Below are positions 61,627 through 64,000 of a stretch of 64,000 nucleotides of DNA, in pieces. Each line of letters starts with the position of its first letter. Within the stretch, counting starts at the first letter, position 1. The stretch lies in the NCBI GenBank assembly GCA_963827685.1, contig CAWHBU010000004.1:608001-672000 (forward strand), written 5' to 3'. The DNA is from an uncultured delta proteobacterium. GTDB taxonomy: Bacteria; Desulfobacterota; BSN033; UBA1163. The notes beneath the pieces were generated by a model that had not been told where the DNA came from, made no database searches, and saw only the letters and a list, made by a program, of their open reading frames with translations. The position numbers and the translations under genes were made by a program.

Positions 61627-61863
61627 ATGAAGTGTTACGTCTGTGCAAAGCAGGGAGTCGATAAAGATGCCGTGGCCATTTGTATCGTCTGCGGAATGGG
61701 ACTCTGCCTGGGACATGCCTTTAAGGAGGAGTTGTTGGTGAGAGATATTATTGATTGGGGATTCGGGGAAGAACGAATCACCTATCCCCATACCCTTCCT
61801 CGGTTCATCTGTGCTGAATGCAAGCTGGCCATCGAACAGAGGAAAAAGGTGGAGAGAAAATAA
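61627..61863 (+). CDS. DUF2180-like zinc-finger protein
   Basis: MKCYVC..AVAICIVCGMGLC..H..RFICAEC; SD AGGAGG. Confidence 0.75.
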   Translation: MKCYVCAKQGVDKDAVAICIVCGMGLCLGHAFKEELLVRDIIDWGFGEERITYPHTLPRFICAECKLAIEQRKKVERK

Positions 61864-61952
61864 AAACTTAAGAGTTTAGAGTTTAGAACCGAAAGATAAA
61901 TCTCATCTAAAAAAGGGTTGTCTTTTCTCAGTAGATTACAGATAATGATTCT

Positions 61953-62321
61953 ATGAAGAAAAAGATTCTGGTCGTTGAAGATGAAGAGAGCCTGAGGCTC
62001 CTTTACAAAGAGGAACTCGAGGCAGAGGGGTATGAGGTTCTCACGGCCGGGAATGGAAGAGAAGCCATTCAACAGTTAGAGACAGGGAAGCCCGACCTGA
62101 TCATTCTCGACATTGTCATGCCTGTCATGGATGGGATGGAGGCCCTGGGCCGGATTGTCGGTAAGGAGAGGAAGATTCCCATCATCCTCAACACTTCATA
62201 TTCAGGGTATCAGCAGGATTTTATGAGTTGGGCAGCCGATGCCTATGTGACGAAGTCTGATGACCTCACTGAATTAAGAAAGAAGATCCGAGAACTTTTG
62301 GGGAAAGGTAAAGCCCGGTGA
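61953..62321 (+). CDS. Single-domain response regulator
   Basis: ILVVEDE, LDIVMP, ADAYVTKS. Confidence 0.9.
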   Translation: MKKKILVVEDEESLRLLYKEELEAEGYEVLTAGNGREAIQQLETGKPDLIILDIVMPVMDGMEALGRIVGKERKIPIILNTSYSGYQQDFMSWAADAYVTKSDDLTELRKKIRELLGKGKAR

Positions 62322-63523
62322 AGAAAGTCTTGGCCATGGTGTTAGCAGGCGGCCGAGGAGAAAGGCTCTATCCCCTCACTAGGGACCGAGCCAAACCCGC
62401 TGTTCCTTTCGGTGCCATTTATCGGATCATTGACTTCACCCTCTCCAACTGCCTCCATTCCGGCCTCCGCCGCATCTATGCCCTTACCCAATATAAATCG
62501 ACCTCTCTCAATCGTCACATCCAATTAGGGTGGAACATCCTTTCCGCCCCTCTGGGGGAGTTCATCGAAGCCATTCCTGCCCAGCAGAGAATTGATGAGC
62601 ATTGGTATCAAGGGACCGCCGACGCGATTTTTCAAAACATCTACACCTTGCAAGAGGAGAGGCCCGACCTCGTGCTCATTCTCTCCGGTGATCATATTTA
62701 CAAAATGGACTATCGGAAGATGATCGCGTTCCATCTGGAGAAAGAGGCGAATCTGACAGTGGCGGCTATCCGGATGGATCGAAACCTTTCCAGAGAATTT
62801 GGTGTGATCGAGGTGGACGAGAACTGGCGAATGATTGGTTTTCAAGAAAAACCCGAAGAATCCAAAACGATTCCTGGAGACCCCGGAGGGATCATGGCCT
62901 CCATGGGGGTCTATGTCTTCAATACGGAGTTGTTGGTGAGGCGATTGATTGAGGATACTCGATCTGAGTCAAGCCACGATTTTGGTAAAGATATCATTCC
63001 CATGATGATTGGGAAGGACCAGGTCTTTGTTTTCGATTTCAGACAAGGGGATTTCGGAGGCACGGGATATTGGAGAGATGTGGGGACGATCGATGCCTAT
63101 TATGAGGCAAACATGGATCTGATCGCCGTCACCCCTCAACTCAATCTTTATGATCCCCGATGGCCAATCCTAACCTATCAACCTCCTTCTCCCCCGGCAA
63201 AAACCGTGTGGATTGAGGAGGGAAGGGTGGGGACGGCTCTCAACTCGATCATCTCAAATGGCTGCATTATCAGCGGTGGAAATGTCAAGCGATCGATCCT
63301 CTCACCCAGAGTGACGGTTCATAGTTTTGCAGAGATCGAGGATTCCATTCTCCTGGAAGGGGTTGATGTGGGAAGGAATGCCAGGATTAAGAGGACCATC
63401 ATCGATAAAGAGGTTCAGATTCCTCCGGGGATGGAGATCGGCTACCATCTGGATGAAGATGCGAAACGATTCACGGTGACCGATTCGGGGATTGCGGTGG
63501 TTCCCAAAGGAATCAGGCTTTGA
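62318..63523 (+). CDS. glgC: Glucose-1-phosphate adenylyltransferase
   Basis: LAGGRGERL, RAKPAVPFG, WYQGTADA, HDFGKD, YWRDVGT. Confidence 0.96.
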   Translation: MKKVLAMVLAGGRGERLYPLTRDRAKPAVPFGAIYRIIDFTLSNCLHSGLRRIYALTQYKSTSLNRHIQLGWNILSAPLGEFIEAIPAQQRIDEHWYQGTADAIFQNIYTLQEERPDLVLILSGDHIYKMDYRKMIAFHLEKEANLTVAAIRMDRNLSREFGVIEVDENWRMIGFQEKPEESKTIPGDPGGIMASMGVYVFNTELLVRRLIEDTRSESSHDFGKDIIPMMIGKDQVFVFDFRQGDFGGTGYWRDVGTIDAYYEANMDLIAVTPQLNLYDPRWPILTYQPPSPPAKTVWIEEGRVGTALNSIISNGCIISGGNVKRSILSPRVTVHSFAEIEDSILLEGVDVGRNARIKRTIIDKEVQIPPGMEIGYHLDEDAKRFTVTDSGIAVVPKGIRL

Positions 63524-63582
63524 GTTCTTTAGCTACGCGCAGAGCGCGAAGCGCTTAGCGCATTTGGATTAGGTCGAGGACA

Positions 63583-64000
63583 TCAGAGATGTTCTCTTTT
63601 TGTGAAGCTTTCGTTTCGTCTTCTTTTCAACCTGTGGGTAGGCACGATTCTTTTTAAAATCTGGTCCGATAATTTCTGGGTGAGATTTTGGATGGTCTTG
63701 ATCTCGTTGGAAGTGATCCGGTCCCAGTGAACACCGGCGGTCACCACAACATTTCTTCTCAATTGAGCAGCCAGCTTTTCTGAAATCTTTTTCACCAAGG
63801 CGTCCTCTTTATGCCCGATAAAAGTAAAATTGGAAGAGGTGGCGCTCCATTTTTTCGGATTCCTTAAGCTGGGCCTCGGAATGGCGATTCCCACAGCACC
63901 GATATGAGATCGGGTTCCTCCCCAGATGGAAATCAAGAGGTCTTGGCCCACCTCTTGAACAAAACCCTGGATCCTGAATCGACCTTTCGAAATTTCAACC
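63583..64000 (-). CDS. LpdD-like hypothetical protein, 5'-truncated by window edge
   Basis: GQDLLISIWGG..HIGAV..GHKED..VTAGVH pattern; frame open to window end. Confidence 0.6.
   Translation of the reverse strand, partial: VEISKGRFRIQGFVQEVGQDLLISIWGGTRSHIGAVGIAIPRPSLRNPKKWSATSSNFTFIGHKEDALVKKISEKLAAQLRRNVVVTAGVHWDRITSNEIKTIQNLTQKLSDQILKRIVPTHRLKRRRNESFTKREHL

Overview
Window from an anaerobic Desulfobacterota/Deltaproteobacteria-like genome (taxonomy inferred from gene content). Left third: acyl-CoA/fatty-acid catabolism (thiolase, CoA ligase, liv-type ABC transporter, IclR, hbd, two acyl-CoA dehydrogenases, a sigma54 activator, EtfAB-FixCX), plus pgi/glk and a decayed metF. Middle: ferredoxin, Hsp20, DoxX, MenA, a UxxC selenoprotein thioredoxin missed by the ORF track, pdhABC and a mercury-methylation locus (AbrB-like gene, hgcA, hgcB). 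The hgcA gene has an in-frame Cys-UGA (Cys-Sec) N-terminal extension with a SECIS-like hairpin. It is split by one of three identical 539-bp tnpA-only IS200 copies, and precise excision of that copy would restore the reading frame. Right third: EmrAB efflux, SagB-type nitroreductase, IS4, FprA, IscU, TldE/TldD, then a heme-c sensor kinase and sigma54 regulator upstream of a sigma54-driven decaheme MtrA/MtrB porin-cytochrome pair, and glgC. An IS630, several families of small palindromic repeats and five homopolymer frameshifts (probably sequencing errors) are also present. No rRNA, tRNA or CRISPR array was seen.
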